This document shows, piece after piece, positions 52,077 through 64,000 of a stretch of 64,000 nucleotides of DNA. This DNA comes from Squalus acanthias (lineage: Eukaryota). The notes below the pieces were generated by a model. It was given only the letters and a program-made list of their open reading frames with translations. It was not told where the DNA came from and ran no database searches. Where the stretch lies: contig CM059425.1 of the NCBI GenBank assembly GCA_030390025.1, positions 174,222,001-174,286,000 of the forward strand, in the 5' to 3' direction. The position numbers were made by a program, and so were the translations under genes. Position 1 is the first letter of the stretch. Every line of letters begins with the position of its first letter.

Positions 52077-54053
52077 CCTCCCAACTCTGTGTGCACAGAT
52101 GTATTTGAAAATGAAATTAGCTCCCTATTTGATAACATCGCTGGGTAACTGTCACTTCTGAATATTCTGTGCACATGAAAGGGCAATTTACTTCACCTAA
52201 AAATGGTCCATTGCACATTATTTTGACTGTGTGTCTGCAAGTGTTTGTAGAGGTCTCTTGATAAGGCTGTGGAAACCAGTTATAAGCATTAAAGCAGGTC
52301 TTAACTTGGCACCATTTCCAGAAATGTTAGAAAACTTTTATTTTATTTTGAATTTTTAAGCAAATTATAAAAATACAATCCTAACTACCTTCAACCACTC
52401 CAGTCTTGTGATGGCTTTTAAATGACCAACCAATAGATACAGTCCATCCTGTTTGTAGCAGAATTTCAACATCTGTTGAGGCATCAGATAGGGCTCATGG
52501 GATTGGGGTAATATATTAGCATGGATTGAGGATTGGTTAACGGACAGAAAACAGAGAGTAGGAATAAATAGGTCATTTTCCGGTTGGCAGGCTGTAACTA
52601 GTGGGGTTGCCGCAAGGATCAGTGCTTGGGCCTCAGCTATTTATAATCTATATTAATGACATAGATGAGGGGACTGAGAGTAACCAGTTAGCCTGACATC
52701 AGTCGTCGGGAAAGTGCTGGAATCCATTATTAAGGAAGTGGTATCAAGCCACTTAGAAAATTATAGTATAATTAGGCGGAGTCAACATGGTTTTATGAAA
52801 GGGAAATCGTGTTTAACAAATTTATTGAGTATGTAACTAGCAGGGTAGATAAAGGGGAACCAGTGGATGTATTTATTTGGATTTCCAAAAGACATTCGAT
52901 AAGGTGCCACATAAAAGGTTCCTACGCAAGATAAAGGCTCATGGGGTTGGGGGTAATATATTAGAATGGATAGAGGATTGGGTAATGGACAGAAAACAGA
53001 CAGTAGGGATAAACGGGTCATTTTCCGGTTGGCAGGCTGTCACTAGTGGGGTAACGCAAGGATCAGTGCTTGGGCCTCAGCTATTTACAATCTATATTAA
53101 CGACCTAAATGAGGAGACCGTGTGTATTGTATCCAAATTTGCTGACGATACAAAGCTAGGTGGGAAAATAAGCTATGAGGAGGACTTAGAGGCTGCAAAG
53201 GGATTGGGCAAGAAGGTGGCAGATGGAGTATAATGTGGGGAAATGTGAAATTATCGACTTTGGTAGGAAAAATAGAAAAGGAGAATATTTTTTTTAAAGG
53301 TGAGAGACTAGTAAATGTTGGTATTCAGAGGGATTTGGGTGTCCTTGTACATGAATCACAGAACGTTAACATGCAGGTAAAGCAAGCAATTAGGAAGGCA
53401 AATGGCATGTTAGCCTTTATTGCAAGGGTGTTGGAGTATAAGAGTAAGGGAGCTAGAAATTCATGGCCTCAGCGCCACACCGTAGCGCCATTAAATGGCA
53501 CTAAAACGCTGGCTGCCGCTCTTTTGCCAGCTGCTGGTGGGTCCTGCGGCGGCTGCCATTTTGGTCCTTACCTTTGCACTGCCGGTAACTGGCAGTGCCA
53601 TCTGGAACAAAATGGCAGCATTGTGACATCAATCGGCGTGCAACGCCGACTTAGCATCACAAACATGAACTTCGACCCTAGCGCTGAATTCAGCGCTGGG
53701 TCCTAAGCACGCCAGGTTAACCTGCCGTGCAAGCAGGCTGACAGCAGCAAGGTCAACTCCTCTTAAAGGGACATGCACATCTTTCAGCTAAGTTTGTATT
53801 TAAGTTTTGGACTTTTTTTTTGATTTTATTGAAGTAGTGGCTTGCTACAATAGATGTGAAAAGTTTTTTAAGTGTGCAGTGTAAAGTTTCCAAAATTTGC
53901 AGATCCCCAAAAATCTAAGGAAAAAGGACTTTGGAACTACCCCAGAGTGATAAAAATGCATTTGGGCCTAACATAAGGAATTTAAGACCAAAACCAAGTT
54001 TTGGCATTTTAAAAGGCTGGAATTCAAGCCCCAGCAAACATTAACATTTGGAC

Positions 54054-54234
54054 TAACAACAGAAAACGCTGGAAAAACTCAGCAGGCCAGGCAGCATCCG
54101 TGGAGAGAGAAAGAGAGTTAACGTTTCAGGTCAATGACCTTTCATCAGAACGGATGCTGCCTGGCCTGCTGAGTTTTTCCAGCGTTTTCTGTTGTTATTT
54201 CGGATTTCCAGCATCCGCAGTATTTTGCTATCGT
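54054..54234. mobile_element. Short Penelope-like element with perfect 48-bp inverted repeat
   Basis: 14-bp TSD ATTAACATTTGGAC (54040-54053, 54235-54248); arms 54054-54101 and 54150-54197. Confidence 0.85.
54117..54151 (-). ncRNA. Minimal type I hammerhead ribozyme motif
   Basis: Minus strand GUU-CUGAUGA-A-AGGUC(AUU)GACCU-GAAA-CG-UU-AAC. Confidence 0.72.
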
Positions 54235-55164
54235 ATTAACATTTGGACAATAGGCCCTGGGAGAAGGCAGCCCCACCCAAAACACAGAACCCATTAAAGA
54301 GACGCATAAAGATAGGAGTGCTAGGCCCAGCAAGAAATCCAAAACATGAGGACAATGCAAACTCCAATTAAACAACAGATCGACAGGACGCAAGCCATTT
54401 GACACTCAGTAAAAAGCCATTACTGGTGACGAGGTCTTACAATGACCAGGATTTGATTTGGTTTAGCATAATTGAAGGCCCATCAAGCAGTTACAACAGT
54501 TCAGTAAGCCAAGTTAAACCCATCAAAACTTAACAAGCCCGCAAAACCAAGACAATGGAATGAACAGGCCTCAACTGAAACCAAATCACTTCAGCATGAA
54601 ACCATCTTTAGTAAGGGGTTCTGGGAGCGAAAAGAACAAAGGAGCTGAACAAGTATAAAAGGGGGGCCTAATTCCCCAAGAGGCCCTCTCTCCGGACTCT
54701 CCCTCTCGGCTCTGTTCCAGAAGCAGCACGTTTCAGGAAGACACTCGACGACCAGACCACCATCAATCAATTTACCTGGTTGGATTTCGCACTGTTTAAA
54801 CCCCTGTTCGGTGAGCATTATCCCTGATCTCCTGAAACCGAAACCTAGCTAGATAGTGGGATTTTTGGGAGGGATAAGGGTTTTTGTACATTGTCAATCT
54901 CCCTCGACTGTACCGTGTGTTCCCCAACCTGTTTAAGTGTTAAGTGTGTTTTAAGTTTGTTACCTTTTTCTTTTAATAAAAGTCAAAATTCTTTCATCGG
55001 AACCTGTTGTCTACTGCATCTTTATTCACAACCCCGAAATAAGTCCAAGGTCTGAACCTGGGGCGTGGGAGCGATTCGACTGACCCCTAACACCACCACC
55101 CCCTACAGTAGGGAGTGCTGCTGGATGCTTGCAAGGGTTCGGATGGTAAATGAAGGCCTTTGAG

Positions 55165-55295
55165 AAGAGAGAAAATGCTGCAAATACTCAGCAGGACAGG
55201 CAACATCCGTGGAGAGAAAATCAGAGTTCAGGTCGAGATGCTGCCTGACCGCTGAGTATTTCCAGCATTTTATGCTGTCATTTCACATTTACAGC
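55165..55295. mobile_element. Third, degenerate copy of the Penelope-like inverted-repeat element (hammerhead core deleted)
   Basis: aaaatgctgcaaatactcagcagg...gatgctgcctgaccgctgagtatttccagcatttt. Confidence 0.7.
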
Positions 55296-55528
55296 ATGCG
55301 CTCGCAGAGGGAAGAGGAAAGACACAGAAGAGGAGGAAGCAGACGAAGGATACATCCCAGACAGCCCCTTTGTGGCAGGGATATTTGGGATGGAATCATC
55401 CGCCTGCGATCCCAGTGACCACAACCCAATTCCTCTTAACATTTGTCCTACACCTGACCATCAGAACGTCCTCTTGACCACGATGCTGAAATAAAAGCCA
55501 CCACAAAGCAAACTTTCCAATCCAACTA

Positions 55529-57867
55529 CAGTAAACTCTTGTTTAAACGGCTCTTAATCATCCGGAATACTTTAATAACCGTCAAAATAGATATACAGAA
55601 AACAACACCTCAATAACCGGTAATGTTGCCGAGTCCGAGTCTCCTGCGGTGGCCGAGTTAGTCAGTGGTGATGGTGAGTGGAAAAGCAGCAGTTTTCCAA
55701 ACCGCCACTACTCGGCATCTTGGCACTGCCGGTAGTCTCTTCTGATCCGCCATTTTTCTGTGTGTTTACATTGTGTCTCTCCATCTTTATCGTGGATTAT
55801 CTCCCCCATCTTGCATTATGGAATTCCAAAAAGTTGGTCAAAGCAAAAGGAAGAGAGTGGTGTTAACTTTAAAACAGAAAATCGAGATATGCCAAAGACT
55901 AGAAAGGGGAGAGAAGCGTATGAACATTATGAATGAATTCAAAATCGGTTCGTCAACAATCTATGACATCAAATCGCAGAAGGATAAGCTGCTCAAGTTT
56001 TATTCAAGCTCGGAGACATCTAAGAGTGTAGAGAAACGGCGTACGCTTCGTAAGCCTAAGCTTGAAGAGCTGGATACCGTGCTTTATGAGTGGTTTTCTC
56101 TTAAGCGTTCAGAGGGTGTTCCGCTTTCCGGACCCATGCTAATCGAGAAAGCGAAGGATTGCTACGCAAAGATGGAGCTCACTGACAAGTGTGCTTTCTC
56201 CGATGGATGGCTAACGTGCTTCAAGTTACGGCACGGGATACGACGACTCGATATTTCCGGGGAGAAGAAATCAGATGATCACGACGCCGCAGAAGAATAC
56301 TGCGATTATTTAAATCGGATTGTGCAGCAACATGATTTGTCGCCAGAACAGATATATAATGCCGATGAAACTGGCTTATTTTGGAGGTTTTTGCCAGAAT
56401 CAACGCTTGCTGGGGCTAGTGAGGCTAGTGCTTCAGGTTGCAAGAAAAATAAAGATTGTGTAACCGTGCTAACATGTGCGAACACTGCTGGATCACACCG
56501 GGTTAAACTTCTTGTTATTGGGAAGTATAAAAATCCCCGTGTATTTAAATATGTGAGGCACTTACCTGTTGAGTATAAAGCTCAAAGAAATGCTTGGATG
56601 GATAAGGAAATATTTTTGTATTGGTTCCATCATATTTCTGTTCCATCTGTGAGGGAATATTTCCGTAAAATAGGGAAACCTGAAGATAGCAAATGCATTT
56701 TATTGCTTGATAATTGTAGAGCCCATCCGCATGAATCCGAGTTGGTTTCGGGAAATATTTTCACCATTTATTTGCCAGCAAATATAACTTCTATCATACA
56801 ACCCATGGACCAGGGCATTATCCAAAATCTCAAGTGTCATTACAAGAAAGACTTCCTACGTAAACTGATAAACCAAGATGACAAAATTCAAGCATTTCAG
56901 AAGGAATACAATCTTAAAGATGCCATCTTTAATATTGCATGTTCGTGGAACTTGGTGAAAGGTCAAACTTTGAGGCATGCCTGGCGCAAATTGTGGCCTT
57001 CTGTAATGTTTGCCGAAGGTGGTTCTTCAGAGGAGGAATTTCATGAGTTTAATGTTCGTCCCAAGAAGAGTACAATAATGTAAATGGCTGGCATGGTGAA
57101 AAATGTAGGCCCAGCAAACCCTCTACGTAACCTCAGTGAAAGTGATATTGAGCAGTGGGTTGATGCAGATAGAGAAGTTGGCGTTGTGCATGTGCTAAGT
57201 GATGATGAAATAATTGAGACTGTTTTGAATCCAAAGAAAGAAAAGGAAAGTGAAGAGGATGAGATTTATGAAGAGAAGAAGATTTCTTGGGCTAAAGCTT
57301 CAGATGGATTTGCTTTAATCCTCCAATTTGCTGAAAGGCAGCCTTGCTACTCTGCCCAAGAAGTTATGCAACTCCATATTTTGCATTCCACCTTTCTACA
57401 AAAAAGGCAAGAGTCCACTAAGCAAGCAGACATCCGGGACATGTTTAAGAAAGCTTCCAAAAGAGTTGAAGCAATGGAAGTGCCTGATGAATCTGTTGAG
57501 GTGGAAGTGCGTGATCCTGATGACCCAGCTGGCATGGATATTCCTAATGAACCAGCTGACTTGGAATAAGTGTACAGTGAACTACAGTATACAGTAGTTT
57601 ATAAGTTTAGTTTTAGTGTTAAGTAATTTAAGAGTAATGGATTACCCTCAACTGGCAGTACTGTACTTCATCAAGCATCTTCTACCATCCATTTAATGGA
57701 ACATTCTGTAGGTGAGTACCCAATTACTGTATACAATACATTTCTTGATTTTTTAATTTTTGTTTGTGTTAAAAATTGCCTCGGTAGGTATACCTCTCTG
57801 TTAGCCAGAATTTTTCATCAACTGGCACCATCCTGGTCCCGTAGGTGCTGGATACGAGAGTTTACTG
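55529..57867 (+). mobile_element. Full-length Tigger/pogo DNA transposon
   Basis: TIRs starting CAGTAAACTCT at both ends; TA TSD (55527-55528, 57868-57869). Confidence 0.95.
55818..57569 (+). pseudogene. Tigger/pogo (Jerky/TIGD-like) transposase, 583 codons split by one in-frame TAA (57081-57083)
   Basis: [42 protein letters not shown] (32 residues between the 2nd and 3rd Asp); ORF 57084-57569 continues in the same frame. Confidence 0.93.
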
Positions 57868-58365
57868 TATATACATCTATCCATCCAATGTGACATCAAG
57901 AAATCAACTCATCACCCGTATGCATTCTCTTAGTGACTGTCTTGTGCATGCCTTTGCCTATCCTACTGATGTCACTGTGTCATCCCAGTGGCTGCAGCAT
58001 GGCTGGTGAAAGGCTGCTGACTTTCAGTGGGGGACACTGCAAATGAACTTGTTGGTTGACCTTGAGGAGCTGGTGCCTGGGAGTGTCAAATCAATCTTCT
58101 TCTTCTTCACTCTCCTCTCCCTCTTCTTGGTCACCAGTGGCTGGGCAGGCTGCATTTCTTGGGTGTGTGAAATGAGGAAGGCACAAGGGTGGAGTTGTGG
58201 TGACGGGAGGGCGGGAAAGCATGAGGTACATGCCAGAAGGAGGTTAACGTATGGGACTACCAGCATCTTGTATCTTTTCAGCCCAGCCGCTGGCCAAGGG
58301 CTCAGCCATGTCCCTGCCAAGAATGGCCTGCACCGTCTCCTCCAAGGGGGGTGAGCTGAGGCTAG

Positions 58366-59317
58366 GATGAAGGGACTGAGTGTAATGTATTTGATGATAC
58401 AAAGATAGGTGGGAAAGCAAATTGTGTGGAGGATGCAAAGAATCTCCAAAGGGATATAGATAGGCTAAGTGAGTGGGCAAAAATCTGGCAGATGGAGTTT
58501 AATGTGGGAAAATGCGAGGTTATCCACTTTGGTAGGAAAAATAAAAAAGCAAATTATTATTTAAATGGGGAGAGATTACAAAATGCTGAGGTACAGAGGG
58601 ATCTGGGGGTCCTTGTACATGAATTGCAAAAAGTTAGCATGCAGGTAGAGCAAGTAATTAGGAAGGCAAATGGAATGTTGGCCTTTTTTGCAAAGAGAAT
58701 GGAGTATAAAAGTAGGGAAGTCCTGTTACAACTGTACAGGGCATTGGTGAGACCACACCTTGAGTACTGCGTACAGTTTTGGTCTCCTTATTTAAGGAAG
58801 GATATACTTGCATTGGAGGCAGTTCAGAGAAGGTTCGAGAGGTTGTTTCTGGAGATGAAGGGGTTGTCTTATGAAGAAAGGTTGAACAGGTTGGGCCTAT
58901 ACTCATTGGAGTTTAGAAGAATGAGAGGGGATCTTATTGAAACATATAAAATTCTGAAGGGGCTTGACAGGGTAGATGCAGAGAGGATGTTTCCCCTCGT
59001 GGGGGAATCTAGAACTAGGGGGCATAATTTCAGAATAAGGGGGCACCCTTTTAAATCGGAAATGAGGAGGAATTTCTTCTCTGAGGGTCGTGAATCTTTG
59101 GAATTCTCTTCCCCAGAGAGGTGTGGAGGCTGGGTCATTGAATATATTTAAGGTGGAGATAGATTTTTGAAAGGTAAGGGAGTCAAGGGTTATGGGGAGC
59201 GGGCAGGGAAGTGCAGTTGAGGCCAAGATCAGATCAGCCATGATCTTATTGAATGGTGGAGCAGGCTCGAGGGGCCAAATGACCTACTCCTGCTCCTACG
59301 TTGTATGTTTCGTATGA
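58366..59317 (+). mobile_element. 5'-truncated CR1 inserted into the Harbinger Myb remnant
   Basis: 241-aa ORF 58426-59151; 3'UTR stem-loop and tail. Confidence 0.92.
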
Positions 59318-60460
59318 ATGGGCGATGTGCCTCATGATTGGTGCAGATTGTTGGTAGGTGAGTGATTGGGGGTCGTGCATTGAGCAGTTTGTGAGGCTAG
59401 TGCTGCAGTTGGTAGGAGACGACTTTTGAAGATGCATTCACTGACTTTGACCAGTGGTCTGAGGTCATGAAGCTTCTTTGGGCACTGGAGCCAGGTGGTG
59501 GGGTGAGACTGCTGGCAGTGACGGCCTCGGTGATGTACTCCCACGTCGTTCTTTCTGGAGGGACTCCTGGCCCCTGTGGGTAGAGGACCTCTCTTGCAGT
59601 GTTGACCCCCTGTACAAAACTAGAGTGCTGCGTGCGAGACCCTGGGTGCCCCTTCCCTGGCTTGCTGATCCATTTATGTTGGTGCTGAAGCAGTTTTCCC
59701 ATTTTTTGAGGTTAGGAAGGGAATTCAAATTTAAGAGCTGAATATTCACATTTGGGACTTCTTTTTAATGTTAATGTTTTTTTTGAAAAGGCAGAAAGGG
59801 TTGAAAACTGCATTGTTTCACCGGATTTTAATTTTTATTACTTCTGAGTGCATGGCCCCTTAAATTCACAGGCCTTTTCATTGCCCACAATTCCTTGCGA
59901 GCTCCACAGCCTCGCTTCCAGAGGTTGTGTGAAGCACGAACGCCGCACCTGGACACAAACTTCATCTGGGATGCCTCCACCAACACCACCAGGACGGCGT
60001 TGCATGGAAGGTAAGCACTGCGCCACCAATCTCCAGCCCCCCAGAGGAATTTTGCCCCATTAGCGTTATTGCCATTTTCAGCAGCTGTTAACTCCAGTTG
60101 CCAGTGACAACGGCAACTTTACTAGCAAACATGAATTTCTCCCCCAGGAAGTCTTGCTACAACTGTACAGGGTGTTGGTGAGACCACACCTGGAGTACTG
60201 TGTACAGTTTTGGTCTCCTTACCTAAGGAAGGATATACTTGCCTTAGAGGGGGTGCAACGAAGGTTCACTAGACTGATTCCTAGGATGAGACGGTTGTCC
60301 TATGAGGAGAGATTGAGTAGAATGGGCCTATATTCTCTGGAGTTTAGAAGAATGAGAGGTGATCTCATTGAAGCGTATAAAATTCTTAGAGGGCTTGACA
60401 GGGTGGCAGTAATCAAGAGGTAAATCCAGGACTCGGTGTTCTAGGAGGAAATTTACCCCG

Positions 60461-62555
60461 GATTGGAGTGCTTGTTTCGGGAGTCTTGTAACAGGCATGC
60501 AGACAATGTGGCCCGTCCATTGGAGCTGATTGAGCATGATCAATGCCTCAGTGCTGGGGATGTTGGCCTGAGAGAGAACACTGACATTTGTACGCCTATC
60601 CTGTCAATGGATTTGCAGGATTTTGCAGAGGCAGCATTGGTGATACTTCTCTAGTGCTTTGAGGTGCCTACTGTATGTTGTCCATGTCTCTGAAGCATAC
60701 AGGAGGGCGGGTATCACTGCTGCTCTGTAGACCATGAGCCTGGTGCCAGGTTTGAGGTCTTGATCTTCAAACACTCTTTTCCTCAGGCGGCCGAAGGCTG
60801 CTCTGGCACACTGAAGGCGGTGATGAATTTCGTCATCGATGGCCGCCCTCGCTGACAGAAGGCTCCCAAGGTATGGAAAGTGGTCCACACTGTCCAAGAT
60901 CTCGTCGTGGATTTTGATAGTCGGAGGGCAGTGTTGTGCAGCGGGGGCAGGTTGGTAAAGAACCTTTGTTTAATGTAAGGCCCAGTCTCTCGTACGCTTC
61001 AGTGAAGGAGTCAACGGTGGTTTGGAGTTCGGCCTCCGAGTGTGCACAAACACAAGCGTTGTCTGCATACTGTAATTCAATAACAGAGGTTGGGACAATC
61101 TTGGTTCTGGACTGAAGGCGACGGAGATTGAACAATTTCCCGTTCGTCCTGTAGATTAGTTCCACTCCGACGTGAAGCTTGTTAGGGGTGAGATGAAGTA
61201 TTGCAGCGAGAAAGATTGAGAAGAGCGTTGGTGCAATGACACAGCCTTGCTCGACCCCGGTCTTCACTTGTATTGGGTCTGTGATAGATCCATTAGTAAG
61301 GATCACTGCTTGCATGTCATCGTGGAGCAGACGGAGGATAGTAACGAATTTTTGAGGACAGCCAAATTTGAGAAGGACACTCCATAATCCTTCTCGGTTG
61401 ACAAAGGCCTTTGTGAGATGAAAAAAGGCCATGTACAGTGGTTGATGCTGCTCCATACATTTTTCTTGGATTTGTCGCACAGTGAAAATTGTGCCCATTG
61501 TGCCTCTTAGTGGGCGGAATCCACATTGTGACTCTGGGAGGAGCTCTTCAGCCACTGGGAGGATTCTTGCAATGACTTTCCCTGTGGCAGACAACAGGGA
61601 AACTCCTCTGTAATTACCGCAATCAGACTTGTCTCCTTTCTTGAAGATGATCGCAATTACGGCGTCTCTGAAATCCCCTGGCATGCTCTCCTCCTTTCAG
61701 ATAAGGGAGATAAGGTCATGGATTCGCGCCAAGACTACTTCTCCACCATGCTTTAGTACTTCGGCGTGGATTTCATCTACTACGGAAGCCTTGTTGTTTT
61801 TCAGCTGTCGGATGGCCTTTTCAACCTCATGCCGGGTTGGGATTGTGCCGAGATAGTGGCGGATAGCATGCTGTGGGATGGAGTCAAGGACACTCACATC
61901 GAAGACAGAGTCTTGGATGAGGAGATCTTCGAAGTGCTCCTTCCAGCGGGCACTGACTGCGTCTCTGACCTTGATGAGCACTTCACCGTTCTTAGCTCTC
62001 AGCGGGATAGGTCCTTGGGCCGTAGATGGTCTTGACTGCGCTAAAGAATCCACGCATGTCATGGTTGTTGGCTAGTTGCTGGATCTCCTGCGCTCTTTCC
62101 ACCCACCATCTGTTCTTTAGGTCACGAGTTTTTTGTTGGACCTCGGCCTTCAGTTGTCTGTAAATCTGCCTTCTTTCCCTCGAGTTGTGATGATGTTTCC
62201 AATTCAAGAACGCCTTATGTTTACGATTTATTAGCTCCTGGATCTCCTGGTCGTTCTCATCAAACCAGTCTTGATGTTTTCTGGTAGAGTAACCAAGAGT
62301 CTCTTTGCAGATGCTAATTATGGTAGACTTAAGGGCAGACCAGGCATTATGGACACTCTGCGGCTCCGGTTCATTGGGAGTCGTCAGGTTAGCTGTGAGG
62401 CGTTGACTGAATAGGGCTTTCTTTGCAGGGTCATTGAGTCCTTCAACGTTGATTTTTCTGCGGCAGCGTTTCTGTTGCTGCCGCCATTTTGAGGCTAGGT
62501 TGATGGAGATAACAGAACGGATTAGATGGTGGTCAGTCCAGCAGTCGTCAGCCCG
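60461..62555 (-). mobile_element. RTE-clade LINE internal fragment (RT), decayed
   Basis: FKKGDKSDCGNYRGVSLLS, LPESQCGFRP, TGVEQGCVIAPTLF, LQYADN (YADD mutated). Confidence 0.92.
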
Positions 62556-64000
62556 TCAAGTGCCCTGTACACCCACATCCAAGTCATTAATATATATCAA
62601 GAAAAGTAGTGGTCCTAGAACCGATCCCTGGGGAACACCACTGTATACCTTCCTCCAGTCCGAAAAACAACCGTTCACCACTACTCTCTGTTTCCTGTCA
62701 CTTAGCCAATTTCGTATCCATGCTGCCACTGTCCCTTTTATTCCATGGGCTTCAACTTTGCTGGCAAGCCTATTATGTGGCACTTTGTCGAACGCCTTTT
62801 GGAAATCCATGTACACCACATCAACCACATTGCCCTCATCAACCCTCTCTGCTACCTCATCAAAAAACACAATCAAGTTGGTTAAACACAATTTGCCTTT
62901 AACAAATCCGTGCTGACTTTCCTTAATTAATCCACACTTGTCCAAGTGACTGTTAATATTATCCCTGATTATTGTTTCTAAAAGCTTCCACTACCTGAGG
63001 TTAAACTGACTGGCCTGTAGTTTCTGGGTTTATCTTTACACCCTTTTTTGAACAAGGGTGTAACATTTGCAATTCTCCAGTCCTCTGGCACCACCCCCAT
63101 TTCTAAGGAGGATTGGAAGATTATGGCCAGTACCTCCGCGATTTCTTCCTTCACTTCCCTAAATGTCCTAGGATGCATCCCATCTGGTCCTGGTGACTTA
63201 TCTACTTTAAGTACAGCCAGCCTATCTAGTACCTCCTCTTTATCAATTTCTATCCCATCCAGTATCTCCTCTACCTCCTCCTTCACTATGTCTATGGCAG
63301 CATCTTCTTCCTCGGTGAAGACAGATGCAAAGTACTCATTTAGCACCTCAGCCATACCCTCTGCCTCCATGCGTAGGTCTCCTTTTTGGTCCCTAAATGG
63401 CCCCACCCTGCCTCTTACTACCCTTTTACTATTTATATGCCTATAGAAGACTTTTGGATTACCTTTTATGTTAGCTGCCATTCTATTCTCATACCCTCTC
63501 TTTGCCCCTCTTATTTTCTTTTTCACTTCCCCTCTGAACTTTCTATATTTAGCCTGATTCTCAGATGTATTCTTGACCTGACATCTGTCATACGTGCTCT
63601 TTTTCTGCTTCATCTTACTCTCTACCTCTTTCGTCATCGAGGGAGCTCTGACTTTAGTTGCCCTACCTTTCCCCCTAGTGGGAATGTACCTCAACTGTAC
63701 CCGAACTATATCCTCTTTAAAGGCAGCCCATTGTTCTGTTACAGTTTTGCCTGCCAATCTTTGATTCCAATTTACCCGGGCCAGATCTGTTCTCATCCCA
63801 CTGAAATTGGCCTTCCTCCAATTAAGTATTTTTACTCTAGATTGCTCCCTGTCCTTTTCCATAGCTAATCTAAACGTTATGATACTATGATCACTGTTCC
63901 CTAAATGTTTACCTACTGACACTTGCTCCACTTGACATACCTCATTCCCCAGAACCAGATCCAGCAATGCCTCCTTCCTCGTTGGGCCGGAAACATACTG
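62556..64000 (-). mobile_element. CR1 ORF2 fragment (endonuclease end to RT), running off the window edge
   Basis: [41 protein letters not shown]. Confidence 0.93.

Larger units (their letters stand above)
53880..55107 (+). mobile_element. Solo LTR (Gypsy or ERV class I type)
   Basis: TGTA...TACA termini; 4-bp TSD GCAG/GTAG (1 mismatch); TATAAAA at ~54654; AATAAA at ~54975; host Harbinger sequence is restored on removal. Confidence 0.8.
53450..60145. mobile_element. Harbinger deletion derivative (same type as 25468-27472) carrying nested insertions
   Basis: TIRs GAGCTAGAAATTCA / TGAATTTCTCCCCC; TSD AGG; segments 53450-53879, 55108-55528, 57868-58365 and 59320-59740 are collinear with 25468-27472. 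Confidence 0.88.
52483..60406 (+). mobile_element. CR1 RT fragments (52483-52680, 52682-53449) resuming at 60146-60406 after a 6.7-kb composite insertion
   Basis: ...gagtataagagtaAGG (53449) joins AGGaagtcttgctacaactg (60146), restoring EYKSKEVLLQLYR. Confidence 0.88.

Noticed and set aside
55818..57083. Domesticated JRK/JRKL/TIGD gene
   Set aside because: It has TIRs and a TA TSD, sits inside another transposon and has a nonsense codon, so it is a transposon copy.

Overview
Eukaryotic, repeat-dense genomic DNA, most likely a cartilaginous fish (shark). This is inferred from a SacSINE1/DeuSINE-like SINE and the style of the CR1, L2 and Penelope-derived repeats. No host protein-coding gene is confidently identified. 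Most of the window is nested mobile elements: many CR1 LINE copies (one near-complete ORF2, one with a zinc-finger/leucine-zipper plus esterase ORF1), L2 and RTE LINE fragments, a family of PIF/Harbinger transposons and MITEs (transposase plus intron-containing Myb/SANT gene, 3-bp TSDs), a near-intact Tigger/pogo transposon, a solo LTR and a 56-bp G-rich minisatellite. A promoter-like motif cluster lies near 22 kb, with possible minus-strand exons. The most notable signal is a pair of short (139 and 181 bp), TSD-flanked, non-coding retroposed elements. Each carries a minimal hammerhead ribozyme motif whose helix III could only form as a dimer, and one sits in the loop of a perfect 48-bp inverted repeat. 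All family assignments come from motif recognition by eye; no searches were run, and boundaries without a stated TSD or TIR are approximate.
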